The position numbers and the translations under genes are program-made. From the NCBI RefSeq assembly GCF_020745735.1, contig NC_083447.1, forward strand, positions 21,408,755 through 21,472,754: a DNA stretch of 64,000 nt, read 5' to 3'. Position 1 is the stretch's first letter. Every line of letters starts with the position of its first letter. Origin of the DNA: Hemiscyllium ocellatum. Taxonomy: Eukaryota. Shown one piece after another: positions 12,071-25,607 of the stretch. The notes under the pieces are model-generated. The model had not been told where the DNA came from, made no database searches, and saw nothing but the letters and a program-made list of their open reading frames with translations.

Positions 12071-15000
12071 CCACCACCCTCTTAAGGAAGGGAGAAAGAT
12101 GTTACATTTCTGTAGGGACTACTTGAAGTCTCAACAGGACTCAGTCGATAACATAAAAGAAAAAAAACCCAATGCTTTAGAAACCAGGCAGCTGAAATAA
12201 AAATAGCAAATAATGGGAATGCTCACCAAATCTGGAAGGGCCTGTGGAGATTTTTAATCTTTTAAATTGAGCTTCTGAAGAAAGGCTCACTTTGCAAATT
12301 CTAACCTTAATATTTATGCCCTATAAACGTTTCATTGATTTGTCCAACCTGTAAAGTGCAAGGACACAGAAGGACCCCTAGGGCAAGATTAGTAGAGCAA
12401 GAATGAGACAATGACGTTATTCACATCTCAGTGATTTTTGCTTGTGCGTTCATAGCTGTCACTCCGACAAAGCAACCCTCCCTCTGTTCTTTCTTTACGA
12501 CAGTGTGGCGTTCTCTTGGTATTACCCGCCTGATGGTGCTGCAGTCTTTCAGTCTGACCCTCGCACATTCTAACACCACCAGAGCTGACCCACGACAGCG
12601 CAGCGCTCCGTCTGTTACCGACCTTAGGACAGTGCAGTACTCCGTTTGATTTTATCCTCGTTGTTCACAGCTGTACGCTGTCGAGTTTCAATTCTTAATC
12701 GTGAAAAAAACTGGCACCGTCAAATGCTATCAACAAATAAACACATCTCTTAGAAATGAAAGACGGCACTCTTATTTGATCCGTTGAGTAGAGATTAAGA
12801 GAAGGAATGACAAAGATATTCTGAGATGTAAGATTTAGGGAACACAATAAAAGAAAAGAGAGAATAATTACAGTTAAGGGGATTTCTGAAATTTAGATTC
12901 CCAGTTGTAAAGGTAATGCCACCAGTGGTGGAATGACGGATGTCAGGGCAATGCTCAAAAGATAGTAATTGGAAATCTCAGCGATCTCTGTGGATTTTAT
13001 GAACTTGTGGGTGTTACAGAGAAGCTGTGCGGATTAAAGAAGTTAAATTATAATCATTATTCGTTGTACCAAAATTGCTGAAGGTAGATGTAAATACATC
13101 CACCTAACAGGTAGGTGACATGAGGCTTAGTCTGAGCCTATCATCTAACAGTTTGCAGTCCGATTTCTTCAGCCTCTTAGCATTACAGCAGCAGGTGGCA
13201 ATATTGCACCATCCATCGTCAATCCCTATCAGAACTTGCATTCAGGCCATATTCATTTCCGGTGGACGAAAATGAGACTATATTAGGTGGCGTGCAGAAG
13301 AAAGGAAGACCTTAAATGATGAGAGAAATCAGTGTGAAAAAGCAGACGACTGTGCAAATAAGCAATGCCATCGGCTGAAACGTGATCCGACCTCTTGATT
13401 GACTGAACATTTTTAAGTTCAGGTAGTGACAACTGGTAGCATTTATACTGACAGGGGAGGGGATTCCCTGCTGCCCTCTTGCCGCGAAGTAATGTCTCTC
13501 AGCTCTTGTGAAAGGCGACAGCAATCTCAGCTAAAACGATAGCAGTCTTTTTCACCTTGCATTCGGACATCGCATTTAGTCTTAGTACAAGCTGCTGAAA
13601 CCCCATTTAGTGACAGCAAAACCGGAAATTGCAATACTCACAAGTTGGCGTATATTCATTACTACTTTTCAAAATGGGATTAGATCAACATTGGGGTAAT
13701 TTTGCACTGAATGGGCTCCTGTTATGTTGGGCAAATCTAGTATTCGAAACAGTGTTACTTCTTTAGATCGAGTATAAGGGTTCAGAGTGCACACAGTGTT
13801 GTCCTGATTTCACCACAGCTTCAATTGTTTCGAGAAAGCCCTCAATCTGTGTTGCAGTTTCATGCGAACGAGTCTGAGGAACAACACCATATTCTACATT
13901 ATGAGTAGGCAAAACTTGGCAGATAGAAAAATATGAGATTGTACATTTTAGTGAGAAGAATGGACTACCAAATGAAATACTAGCGAAAGAGAACAGAATG
14001 TAGAATAATTTAAGCTACCTGAAAACTCAGTGGACTCTATCGCAACTTAATGATGCTGTTACAATTTCCAGCAACATCCCCATAAACACGTCTCCTTTGC
14101 GAAAAAGGTTCTTACAGAAGGGATGTTAGAGAGATACAGTTAGAGATCATTTTCACTCCAGCAGCCCTTTCTCGAGGTCCCCAGCTAAAATCTAAACAAA
14201 ACTACAAAAATCCCTGTGCTGGAAGAATTGGCCACTCCCCTTTCATTGTACAAGTGGCGTTTTTAATCTAAAAGCGTTTTCCCCTGATTGTTGCCAAAGA
14301 CAGGCTCCGTTAGCTATAATTGAAGTGGCCTTAGCCAAGACAAATCGGAACCTCTGCTTTTTACCGCACCTTTTGAAAAGAATCAGGACAACCTAACCTT
14401 GTTAAAAGAGCAGCATCGTCACACTCTGCATCAGGAGTCTATCAAAACCTGCGCAACTCTGAACTAATGTGTGTCTGTTATAGGCTGGCCCAATGAACAT
14501 TACACCCAGTTTATCACATGGTCTGAAGTAGAGTTACATTCATAGTGCGAAAGTACCAACAAAGGCCAAAAACTACTGCTATTCCTTATGACAGTGGATA
14601 ATTATGAGTGCATCATCAAATGGTCATTGCCGCTCATTTCTGATAACCCTTCACCTCCTTCAAGAACAGGAATCTATCTCCACTGCCAGAAAGAGAAAGA
14701 AACCATTGACGCTTCAGGTAAAGCGTCCCAAAGTTTCACAACCTTCCAAAGAAGGCATTTTACCCCACCTCTGATTCGAATGGGAACTTCATTATTAAAC
14801 AGTGACCTGTAGTTTCGAAAAATTCGGTAACAAATTTACACAGAGACGTCCCAAACATGAGAGGAAGACCGCATCGCTTTATTCCCATTAATTCAGGGAC
14901 AGAAAAATGTCCTGTTTTAGATGCAGACAGTATATCAGTATTGGGAGAAAGTATGGACTGAAGATGCTGGAGATTAGAGTCAAAGAGTGTGATGCTGGAA

Positions 15001-15444
15001 AGCACAGCCGGACAGGTAGCGTCCGAGCAGCAAAAGAGTTGATGTTTCGGGCATAAGTCTTTCATCAGGGCTTATATCCGAAATGTCGACTCTCCTGCTC
15101 ATCGGCCTTAGAGTATTGCCTGCAATATATGTTGTATTACCCGAGGTGGAAATATAAGCTAGGACGTAATGCTTGAGAGGTCACACCATGGCTCAATGAA
15201 TAATACCTCACACAAGTTGTTGCGTGCTCAAAACATTTTGGCAAACACACCAATGCAACTTGTCTTATGCCTTGTTCTCAAAGTAGTCACGCTGTAGACA
15301 TCACAGATCACCGATTGCTCCAGTTATGTGAAGCAGCGTGAAAACAAGGCAAGTGGCGACACGTTTTAATAGTCCAGGAAAGCACACAAGAATCAACATG
15401 CACCTCTACACCAGCATGTAAATTTGGCTATGTCATCCGGATTA

Positions 15445-15457
15445 ATGTCATTTCCGG
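15445..15457 (+). promoter_or_regulatory. Candidate V4 promoter CRE-like/ETS composite ATGTCATTTCCGG
   Basis: About 100 nt upstream of the ATG at 15556; same position as the V3 motif. Confidence 0.5.
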
Positions 15458-15555
15458 GGCGGGTTTCGGCTTTTGGACCCACACAACCGTCAGGTAGAAT
15501 TACAATCACTGAGCGTGAGGAGATGTTCATTGCAGCAATGTGCTTCTTTCCAAAT

Positions 15556-16617
15556 ATGCAAACGTATTGCCTCACTTTTATCTTTGTCCTTTTTCTTCCG
15601 TGTAAGTACCTTACTGAAGATTATGTTCATGATTAAGACCGAGAGAAATGTATCAAATTTTACTTATCATTCAAAATCAGGAGAGAATTAATATATGTGG
15701 ATGACTGGCAGAGGCAGCAAATATAAACGCTTGAAGTTAGTTGCTAATAAATTGGATAATAATGGAAAATGTGAGATTATTTTATTTAGTTGCAAGAAAT
15801 TTCCAAATGTTCATGATAAGGTGAACTTGATCGTAAGCGGAAAGCAAATGGAATGTTGGCGCTTACTAGAAAAGAGCAAAGAAACACTTTCTGCAGCTAA
15901 ATAATACTGTGGTGACAACGCACTATATCATTACTGTGCAATTGACCTGTACCCTCTGTTGTTTGTAAGAGGGAATTCCATTCGGTGTTTCTGAAAGAGC
16001 TTCACTGCGAAAACAGAGAGATAATCTTCCCTTGTCAGGGGAATCTCGAACACGCGAGAGTGTTTGCCGATGCAGGGCCGACTATTTCTTTTTTAATTAC
16101 AAATAATTACAATCCTTTTTCTAACAGTCAATTTAATTGGGTCAGTGAAATTATCATTTAATTGTTTATTAATTGATGATGAAGAAAAGGTGGACTAAAC
16201 AAAAATCCGCACGTGCCTACATTAACCAGTGAGGTTTTCTAACTGACAGCCTATCGATCAAATATTCTTATGGTGTGTGGTAAGATTCCATGAAATCGCT
16301 TCATTTTCCTTTAGGTCTAACGAGAGGAATGCAGCCTGTGCAGAGTCCCCTCAGACTGGTGACAGCAAAGGACAAGTTGGCGACAATTAACTGCAATGAG
16401 CGTGAAAGCACTGCTCAATCCATGCTCTGGTACCGGCAGTCAGCTGGCCAGGGCCTCACGTTGATCGGGTACATTCAAGTAGGAGGGATGGTTCACTACG
16501 AGGAGAAGGATCAGACCCGTTTCGAAATCACTGGAGATGGTGATAGAAACTCTGTTTTGAAGCTCCCCAAGGCCGCACCTGCAGACTCGGCCATATATTT
16601 CTGTGCAACTAGTGATA
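15556..16617 (+). CDS. TRBV: TCR beta V segment V4, intact paralog of V3; leader 15556-15601, intron 15602-16314, V exon 16315-16617
   Basis: Leader MQTYCLTFIFVLFLP then t|GTAAGT; acceptor CCTTTAG. V exon differs from V3 at 12 of 101 residues and ends DSAIYFCATSD. Confidence 0.93.
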
Positions 16618-16656
16618 CACAGCGTTGCAGTCTGTAGCAACGTCCCGTCAAAAACT
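16618..16656 (+). other. 23-RSS of V4
   Basis: CACAGCG 16618-16624, 23-nt spacer, TCAAAAACT 16648-16656. Confidence 0.9.
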
Positions 16657-19011
16657 CCACCGCCCTCTTAAGGAAGGAAGAAATATGTTACATTTTTGTA
16701 GTGACTTAGCGAAGCCTTAACACGACTCAAAGACAAACCAAAGCTTCGGAAACCTGAAATTAAGGTAGAAAATGCTGAAGAAGCTCAACAGATGTAGCAG
16801 TATCCGTAGAGAGAGAGAAACAGTGTTATTGCTTAAGTTCTAACTTCTAAAGAAAGGCCCTGGATTTGGAAGCTTTCCTATATTTCTCTCTCCATCAAAC
16901 CAGTCATATGTCCTTCTATAAACTGCAGTGATTTCTATAATCTGAAAATGTGAGGTGCAAACGAAGACACAACAAGATCCTTGAGATCAAGTGTTAGACA
17001 GCTACATTATCTGCTATTCACTAATGTGCATGAAGCTGCAGTTGCTCTCCAAATACGGGCCAGTAATCGTCTAAAGATTTTGGAGAGACGGGTAGTGGCC
17101 CTCAGACTTTTTCAGCTGTATAACTGACTGAAAACAAAATGACGTATCATCTGGTAGGATATAAAATGAATGGCAAAATCTGTCACTGAACCAGATGAGT
17201 GTGGAAGAGTGTGGCACTGGAGAACCACAGGCAGCATCCGAGGAGCAGGAATGAACCAGATGAGGATATATTAGAACAGGGAAAGACATTCTTGTCAAGG
17301 AGGTAGATTTTAATGCATACATTACTAGATAGGATTTCTGGCGGCTAAGTGAAATCCCAGAGTTTAGGATGTAGGAAAGAGGGCAAATCGCTAACGGTGA
17401 TTGACAGGTATCCAAACGATTTTCAAGAGGTAAAAATGAGACGTCCCCGAGATCTTCATGTATTTTATGACTTCGATGAGGATAGGGTGATAGCTACGGT
17501 GTATATAAAGAGGCAACAGATGAAATATAACATTTTTTTCCTGCCTCGTATAATTGAAGAGTTCACGGACCAATGCACATGCGTGTGCTGCATAGATATC
17601 CTTCTCATCTCTCTCCATCTTACTCTATCGGCATATTTCCCTTTGCTTTCTCTCTCCCTTACTTAAATAATTTTATATTGCATTGATTAGCCCTTTCCTC
17701 TCCTTCCGGGTTGCCCCAAAATCGGACTTACTGATATTCGAGGATTTACTAAGCATTCGAATATACCAAAAGCTTGCTTTAAAGCATGGCCGCCAGTAGG
17801 GGGAGCTATTGGAGCTCCTGCAAAGAACTTTTGCACACATGGATTGTCACAATACAGCTGACATTCCAACCTTGATGTGGGATAATAATCATATCTACCC
17901 CGGGCAAGAAAGGGCCAGTTCAAATCCTATTTGCCGAAGAGGTGTATCATTAACTTATCAGTAAAATAAAGAATTGTGGATGCTGAAGATTTGAAACGAA
18001 AACAGAAGTTCCTTGCAAAACTCTGCAGATCTGGCAGCATCTGTGGGGAGAAAGCAGATTTAACGTTTCCAGTCTGGTGAGTCTTCGTCAGAACTCACCA
18101 GAGTCAAGAGACTGGAAGCATTCACTCTTCTATTTCCCTACAGAATGCTATGGGATTTATTGTGAAAATTCAATACAAGAATTAAGAGGTTGTACTTTAT
18201 TTACACAGGACATTCGTAAGACCAAAGTGCTGTGTACAAAACTTGCTTAATAAAGGTTCTCACTGTTTTGCAAGCAAATCAGAGAAAACTTACTGGCCTA
18301 ATACTTGAAAGGAGCGGATTGTTTTATAAGGGAAGAGGAGACTGGATAGGCCTGTAATTACGGAGTTTATTTTAGAAGTGACTTAATTGAAGCATAGGGG
18401 GACTTGGTCGGATTGATGCCGAAAGGTTGTCTCACCATGTAGGAGAATGTCATACTAGGGGTCATGGTTTAAAAAAATAAGTGGTCTCCATTTAAAAGAG
18501 CGGATGAAATATGCTTTTTTTTCAGAAGGCTGAGATTTGGGAATTCCGTTCCTCAGAAGGCAGTGAATGCATATTTTAAAAATGTTTTAGGGCAGACGTG
18601 GATAGATGCTTGATTACCAGGGGGATGAAAGATTATGTGGAATGTACAGTGGAGGTTAAAATAAAATTATTTCATGATCTTACTGAATGTTGAAGCAGAC
18701 TCGGCGGACCGCCAGTTCGCATGTTCGTGTATCCTTCATGTCAGACACTGACCCGGAAATCCAGGTGGCGGGTGAAGAGGACAATCTGGACACTTTACAT
18801 CGTAACTGGGAGTTGAATTTCCACCCTGCTAAAACGATTTCACATACGACAGCCACATTGGAAAAAGGGAACTGGCAAGGAAAACATCTGGACTGTTTCA
18901 CCTCAGAGACATAAATATGAAGTCAGAACTCGGCGAGTTTGGTCTTCCTGGTCCTTGCCGTACTAACGTCCCTCCAACGTCACCTCCGGCCTTAGGTGTA
19001 GCTGCCTGTCA

Positions 19012-19061
19012 TAAAAGCATGGTGGTCTGACTGAATGATCAGTCAGACCACCATGCTTTTA
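19012..19061. repeat. Perfect 23-bp inverted repeat with 4-nt loop overlapping the V5 start codon
   Basis: TAAAAGCATGGTGGTCTGACTGA (19012-19034), loop ATGA, TCAGTCAGACCACCATGCTTTTA (19039-19061). Confidence 0.97.
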
Positions 19062-19796
19062 GATTCTATCGTCCTCTCTATTGCCTTTCTGCTGCCGTGT
19101 AAGTGAGGAGATTAATTGAAATCCTTAGAGATTTAATTGTGTGCTCAGTTCATTAATATCATTAAATTTGTATTTTGAATATGAAATGTAGGGGATCAAC
19201 GTAGCAGCATGTCAATGAGATACTTTGCAAATGAACTGGAGGCAAATTTTATTTAAAGCTCGGCTTCGTTGTGATCGGAAATGCGCTGCCTGAAGCGGTC
19301 ATTGAAGTAAATTAAAAAATGAACGTCAATATATAATCTAGTACTTTAAGAAGAAGAATTGTAGATCTGTAGGGTCATAGAGCAGAATGCGTTATTTCAA
19401 TAGTTTAGTATTTCATGTAACATATATCTTGAAAGGTAGCTTCAACGATTAGCTGGTCTGACCATTATTTGTTAATGCTCTTTGCAGGTGCTTCCTCCGG
19501 CGATGTGGTGCATCAGTGGCCGTTTACGCTCGCCGTGAAGGAAGAAGGAACCGCCAAACTGAATTGTTACCAGAATGGAAGCACGCGTACTACCATGCTC
19601 TGGTACCGGCAGATTCCCGGAAAGGGCCTCGCCCTCATCGGGTATATCGTGATAGGGAGCCAAGCGAACTATGAAGAGGAGTTTAAGTCTGGGTTTACCA
19701 TCACCCGAAGTGAGAACGACAAGAAATCCGAACTGAAGTTGGACAGAGTCAAAGGTTCAGACTCGGCGGTTTACTACTGTGCCGCGAGTGATGGAG
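19053..19796 (+). CDS. TRBV: TCR beta V segment V5, intact; leader 19053-19098, intron 19099-19487, V exon 19488-19796
   Basis: ACCACCATG Kozak context; leader MLLDSIVLSIAFLLP then t|GTAAGT; acceptor TTTGCAG. V exon ASSGDVVHQWP...LNCYQNGSTRTTMLWYRQ...DSAVYYCAASDG. Confidence 0.93.
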
Positions 19797-19835
19797 CACA
19801 GCGTCTTATAATAGCACATCGCCATGACAAAAACT
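19797..19835 (+). other. 23-RSS of V5
   Basis: CACAGCG 19797-19803, 23-nt spacer, ACAAAAACT 19827-19835. Confidence 0.92.
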
Positions 19836-21199
19836 TCCAGCGATCAAAGCCCCACCCCCATTCGCACTCAGCTGCTGCCTGTCAGGGTGCCCTCAGGTTT
19901 GGATCACACTGCTTTCCCCAAGTTCTGTTGTCGGGGAGTTCTTGATGAAGTTGTTGGTGAAACTATGAGACGGGGCGGATCTCTCAATTACCGTACATCA
20001 TGATGCTCCTAATCAGACGGAGAGCGTGAGGGGTTGGCTGGATGCCTTCCTCATCACTTGCTTTTCCACCAATCTTTATTTCGTCCCCACATTTGGCTAC
20101 AATCCACGGGGGTCCTTTCATTCAAGTCAATAACAGAGCCCCTGCAATGCACCCCCGCCCCCTCGATAATCTACAGTTTGCCGCAAATGGCCGTTTTCTC
20201 CACTTAGCCAAACCTCTGACCATTTTACTGCATCACATCAAACACATTGAGCTTTAATATGCAGGAACCCTCTAAATGGCACTGCATTGTACGTATTAGA
20301 ATTACATTATACACAATGTCTTACCCTACGGAATTGTCCACGGCAAACGGCTGCAAATGCTTAGTCATTGGATATATTTATTTCAGATATTTGATCTCTA
20401 TACCTACCGTACATAGTCTTTGATTTGGCAGACTTTGATAGATTTTGGCTGGCAGCAAAGAGACTTCCTTTCCTCTCTTTAGACCAACGTTAGCCACAGA
20501 TCCTGCCCAATATCTATCATTGTTGACTAAACACGTCATGGCATTTACTCTGGAACGGAGATGACTGAAACAAATTTGAGATATTTTTCATTGTACGAAA
20601 GGATTTGGATCGGGTGAAGATTTGTGCAGTTCTCGCCTGTAATTGCGTTGCAAATGTACAAAAGTGTGAAGACCATCGGAAGGTTGATCTGTTTCAAAAT
20701 ACATCCCCAAAAATTCCTTCCAAATCTTGAATATTTTCATTCGTTACTTTTTGCACATTTTCGGCACTATATGGCGCTATAGCTTCACTGATTATTGGCA
20801 CTTCCTAACGACTAATTTTTACTTCAAAATCTGATTTCGATTTACACCAGAATCTGGTCTAGTTCTGAAGTCAGTAACACCTTGCGGACATGGCGAATTG
20901 CATTTTTTTTTCTCCAGCTGGATTTTTTTTCCTGCAGGACATAAGACTCAAATAACAGACTTTTCATGTTTTATCCATTATAATGCTGAAACCAAGTGTT
21001 CAGCCCGAGCAGGAGAACTATGTCGAATTCCGGCACCAGAATAGATGCCACGGCCTCAGGGCGGTGCAGAGGAGAAGTTGTAAGATGGGCTTGGCCAAGA
21101 TTCAGTCTCAGTTTTATTGCAAATCCCGATCGATGGGTTGGAGGGGGTCTTGATGCACAATGATAGTGTCCTTACTCTGATGCAGCAAGACCACCAGAA

Positions 21200-24100
21200 C
21201 ATAAAGACCCTAAGATACAGGAGCAGAAATTAGGTCATTCACCCCATCGAGTCTGCTCCGCCATTCAACCATGGCTGATAAGTTTCTCAACCCCATTCTC
21301 TCGCTTCCTCCTCGTTAGACTTGATCCTCTTGGTACTCAAGACTCTATCCAACTCAGTCTTAAATATACTCAGCGACCTGGCTTCCACAGCCTTTTGTGG
21401 CAATGATTTCCATGGATTCAGCAATCTATGGCTGAAGAAGCTTGTACTTATCTCAGTTGTAAAATGTCTTCCCTTTACTCTAAGTCTGTGCCATCGGGTC
21501 CTCGTCTCTCCTACCAATGGGAACATCTTTCCAACATCGACGCTGTGCAGATCATTCAGCATTCTGCATGTTTTAATGAGATTCCCCCCCCCCCCCCCCC
21601 CACTCCATCCTTCTAAACTCTATCGAGTATAGACCCAGTATCCTCAAATGTTTCTCATATGTCAAGCTTTTCATTCCTGGACCATTCCCATGAATCTCCT
21701 ATGAGCATGCTCCAGGGCCGGTACATCCTTCCTGAGATATGGGGCCCAAAACTTCGCAGAATGTTGCAAATGTGGTCTGACCAGAACCTTTCAGAGCCTC
21801 ACAAGTACATCCTTGTTTTTATACTCAAGTCCTCTCAAACAAAATGCCATTATTCCATTTGTCTTTCTCCTGACTCAACCCACAAGTTTACCTTGAGAGA
21901 ATCCTGGAAGAGAACTCCCAAGTCTCTTTGCACTTCAGATTTCTGAATTTTTTTTCCATTCAGAAAATATGCCATGCCTCTATTCTTCCTACCAACGGGC
22001 ATGACCTCACACTTTCCCATGTTGTACTCCAACTACCACTTCTTTGCCCACTCTCCAACGTATTCAAGTCCTTCTGCAGCCTCCCCTCCTCCTCAATGCT
22101 ACCTGTTCCTCGACCTATCTTTGTGTTGTATGCAAAGTTATCGAGAATGCTCTTAGTTCCTTCATATAGATAGTCAACACATAAAGTGAAAAGTTGTAGT
22201 CCCAACTCAGAGCCTTGTGGAACACTACCTATTACTGGCTGCCATCCTAGAAGGACCCTTTTATCCCCATTCTCTACTTTCTGCCAGACAACCATGCTAG
22301 CACCTTGCCTATGACACCATGGGCCATTATCTTACCCAGTAGTCTCCTATGAGACACCTTGTCAAAGGCCTTCTTGAAGTCCAGGGAGACAACATGTATT
22401 GGCTCTCCATAGTCTAACCTGTTTGTTACTTCTTCAAACAATTCTTGAAGATTTGTCAGGCACGATCTCCTCTTTATGAAACCACCCTACTTTGCCTTAC
22501 TTTGCTACACACTTCCAGGTATTCAGAAATATCATTCTTCCCAATGGATTCCAGGATCTTCCCCATGAGCGAGGTTAGCCTAGTCATAGAGTCATAGACA
22601 TGTACAGCATGGAAACAGACCTTAAATCCAACTCATTCATACCGACCAGAAATCCCAACCTAATCTAGTCCCATTTGCCTGTACCCAGACCAAATCCTTT
22701 CAAACCCTTCCTATTCATCAACCTATCCAGATGCCTTTGAAATGTTGCAAGTGTACTAGCCTCCATCACTTCCTCTGGCAGCTCATTCCATACACGTACC
22801 ATGCTCTGCATGAAAAAGTTGCCCTTAAGTCTCTTTCAAATCTTTCCCCTCGCATGCTAAATCTATGCCCTCTAGTTCTGGACTACACCACCCCAGGGTG
22901 AGTCCAGAACTTTGTCTATCCTATCCATGCCTCTCATGATTTTATAAACCTCTATAAGGTCACCCCTCAGGCTCCGACTCTCCTGGGAAAGCAGTCGCAG
23001 CCTTTTCAACCTCTCCCTATAGATCAAATGCTCCAACCCTGGCAACATTTTTGTAAGCCTTTTCTGAACGCTTTCAAGTTTTGCAATATCCTTCTGATAG
23101 GAAGACCAGAATTGCACGCAATATTCCACAAGTGGCCTAACCAATGTCCTGTACAGCCGCAACATGACCTCCCAACTCATGTACTCAATACCCTGATCAC
23201 TAAAGGAAAGCATACAAGCTCCTTCTTCACTATCCTATATACCTACGACTCTACTTTCAAGGAGTTATGAACCCACACTCCAAGGTCTTTTTGTTCAGCA
23301 ACACTTCCCAGGACCTTACCATTAAGTGCTTAAGTCCTGCTAACATTTGCTTTCCCAAATGCAGCACCTTGCCTTTACCTAAATTAAGCTCCATCTGTCA
23401 TTCCTCAGCCCATGGGCCCATCTGATCAAGATCCCTTTGTAATCTGATGTAACCTTCTTAGTTGTCTACAACAACTCCAATTGCGATGTTATCTGCAAAC
23501 TTAGGCTAACTTTTCCTCTTTGGCCATACTCCCTTTTTAGCACAGAGGCGTCATATTAGCGATTTTACAGTCCTCTGGAACTCTTGTGATTCTAGTGATT
23601 AGCTGAAATAACAACACTAACGCCTCCACTATCTCTTCAGCTTTCCCCCTTTGACCTCTAGAGTGTCGTCCATCTGGTTAAAGTGATTTGTCCAATTTCA
23701 GACCATTCAACTTTTCTGGCACCTTACCTAGCGATGGCGATCATATTCAGCTCTGCTCCCTCACTCTCTTGAATTTTAGGAATATCATTCATGTCTTCCA
23801 TTGTGAAGACTGCCACAAAATAATTATTCGGTTCCTTAGCCATTTTGTTGTTCCCCATTACTATCTCTTCAGCGTCATTTTCCAGTGGCCTAATTCCACC
23901 TTTGTCTCTCTTTTGCCCTTTAGGCATCTGTAGAAACTTACAGTCTTCCTTTATATTACTGGCTAGATTACCCTCATATTTAATCTTCTCCCTCCTTATT
24001 TCGTTTTTTATTTGCCCTCTGTTGGTCTTGGTAATCTTCCCAGTCCTCTGGCTACCCACTGCCCTTTGCCATACTTTGTGCTTTCTCTTGTGCTTTTATG

Positions 24101-25330
24101 ATATCCCTGACTTCCCTAGTCAGCCATGGTTGCCTCATCTTCCATTTACCATGCTTACGTTTTCCTCAGGATGAATCTCTGCTGTGTGTCCTGAACGATT
24201 CCTAGAAACACCTGCCATTGCTTTTCCACAGCCTTTTCTGCTAGGATCCTCCTCCCGTCAATTCCAACCAGTTCCTCCCTCATGGCTGTGCAGTTGTCTT
24301 TATTTAGCTGGAATACTGTTACCTCAGCGGTTAGCATTGCTGCCTCACAGCGCAGGGGACTCATGTACAATTTCAACCTCGGGCAACTGTCTAGGTTTGC
24401 ACATTCTTCCCATGTCTGCGTGGGTTTCCTCCATGATTACTGCAATTTTGCCTTTCCTGCACACCATTTCTATTTCCTGGCGTATCCGGCGCCCCAGCTC
24501 CTTACTACTATTTGGAGGCCTTTACATAACTTCAACTATTTTTTTCACTTTTGCGGTGCCTCAACTCTACCCAGACAGATTGTACACCTTCCAACTCTAC
24601 TTTGTTTCCTATTGTTGACTTAATTTCAATTCTTACTATTAAGATAACCCCAAATCCTCTGCTCACCTGCCTGTCTTTTGAATAGGATGCATATCCTTGA
24701 ATATTCCCAATCCTGATCCCATTGCAGGCATGTCTCCGTAATGTTCACCACGTCATACCTGCCAATTTCGATCAGCACTACAAGTTCATTTAATTTATTC
24801 TTTATATCGTGTGCATTCAGATATAACACCTTCAGACCTGTATTAACCGTCCCTTTTCTCATTGACATTCATTTGTCCAGCGTGCTTGAAGTTTGATTGC
24901 TAACCTTTTCCATACACTCTGTCCTATTTGTGTCTGTGCTGGGGATTTTGATAACCTCCCCTGAATTCTGCACTAGTACCTCCTCCTTTAATTCAGGTTT
25001 TCTAATTTTCCCCTATAACTGAACCCTTCTCCACCTCCTCCCCTCCCCCTCTCAATTTAGGTTAAAGCCCTGTTTATAACCCTAGTTATGCAATTCACTT
25101 AGACTCTGGTCCCAGCTTGGTTCATAAGAAGACTGTCCCATCAGAACATGTCCCTCTTTCCCCAGTACTGGTGGCAATGTCCCATGAATTCAAACCCTTT
25201 CTCCCACATCAATATTTAAGCCATGCATGTCCCTGTTTAATCTTATTAATTTTATTAATCCTGTGCCAGTTAGTTCGTGGCTTAGGTAGTAATCTAGAGA
25301 TTAATATCTTTTCAGTTTTGCTGTTCAACT
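21200..25330 (-). mobile_element. Degenerate CR1-clade LINE spanning most of ORF2, with a second CR1 3' fragment nested at about 22583-23490
   Basis: Minus ORF fragments: APE start (LKVLYLNAHDIKNKLNEL...DVVNITET), RT (GSVPQGSELGLQLFTLCV...FAYNTKIG), and C-terminus (YRTLVRPLVEYCVQFWS; RWHRLRVKG...FFSHR). Many stops and frameshifts. Confidence 0.85.
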
Positions 25331-25607
25331 GTTCATGTCCGACTTACTTCAGAGGTATGCCATAATATTACTGAACAGGATGGTTAGAAATTATCTGAAA
25401 GACTAACAACACTGAAACGTACAAATTATAACTTTGGCTGCCAAGTTACATCTGAGGAAAGTGGGACGGCCTTGAAGTGAAGCAGCTGTCAATCAAACAG
25501 AAGTGCCACTGCCATTTTATAAACAGATCCCCCCCCCCCACCCCCCCCGAGTGAATTAGATATTTAAAATCAAGTTCGATTCGGTTATTGTTGTTTCAAC
25601 TAGTGAA

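Noticed and set aside
18925-18985. Leader-like ASLVFLVLAVLTSLQ upstream of V5
   Set aside because: Out of frame with the nearby ATG and no good donor. A canonical leader exists at 19053-19098.
19469-19945. ORF-track extensions of the V ORFs past the RSS or into introns (also V2, V3, V4, V6, V7)
   Set aside because: These are read-through of intron and RSS sequence; the true limits are set by splice sites and heptamers.
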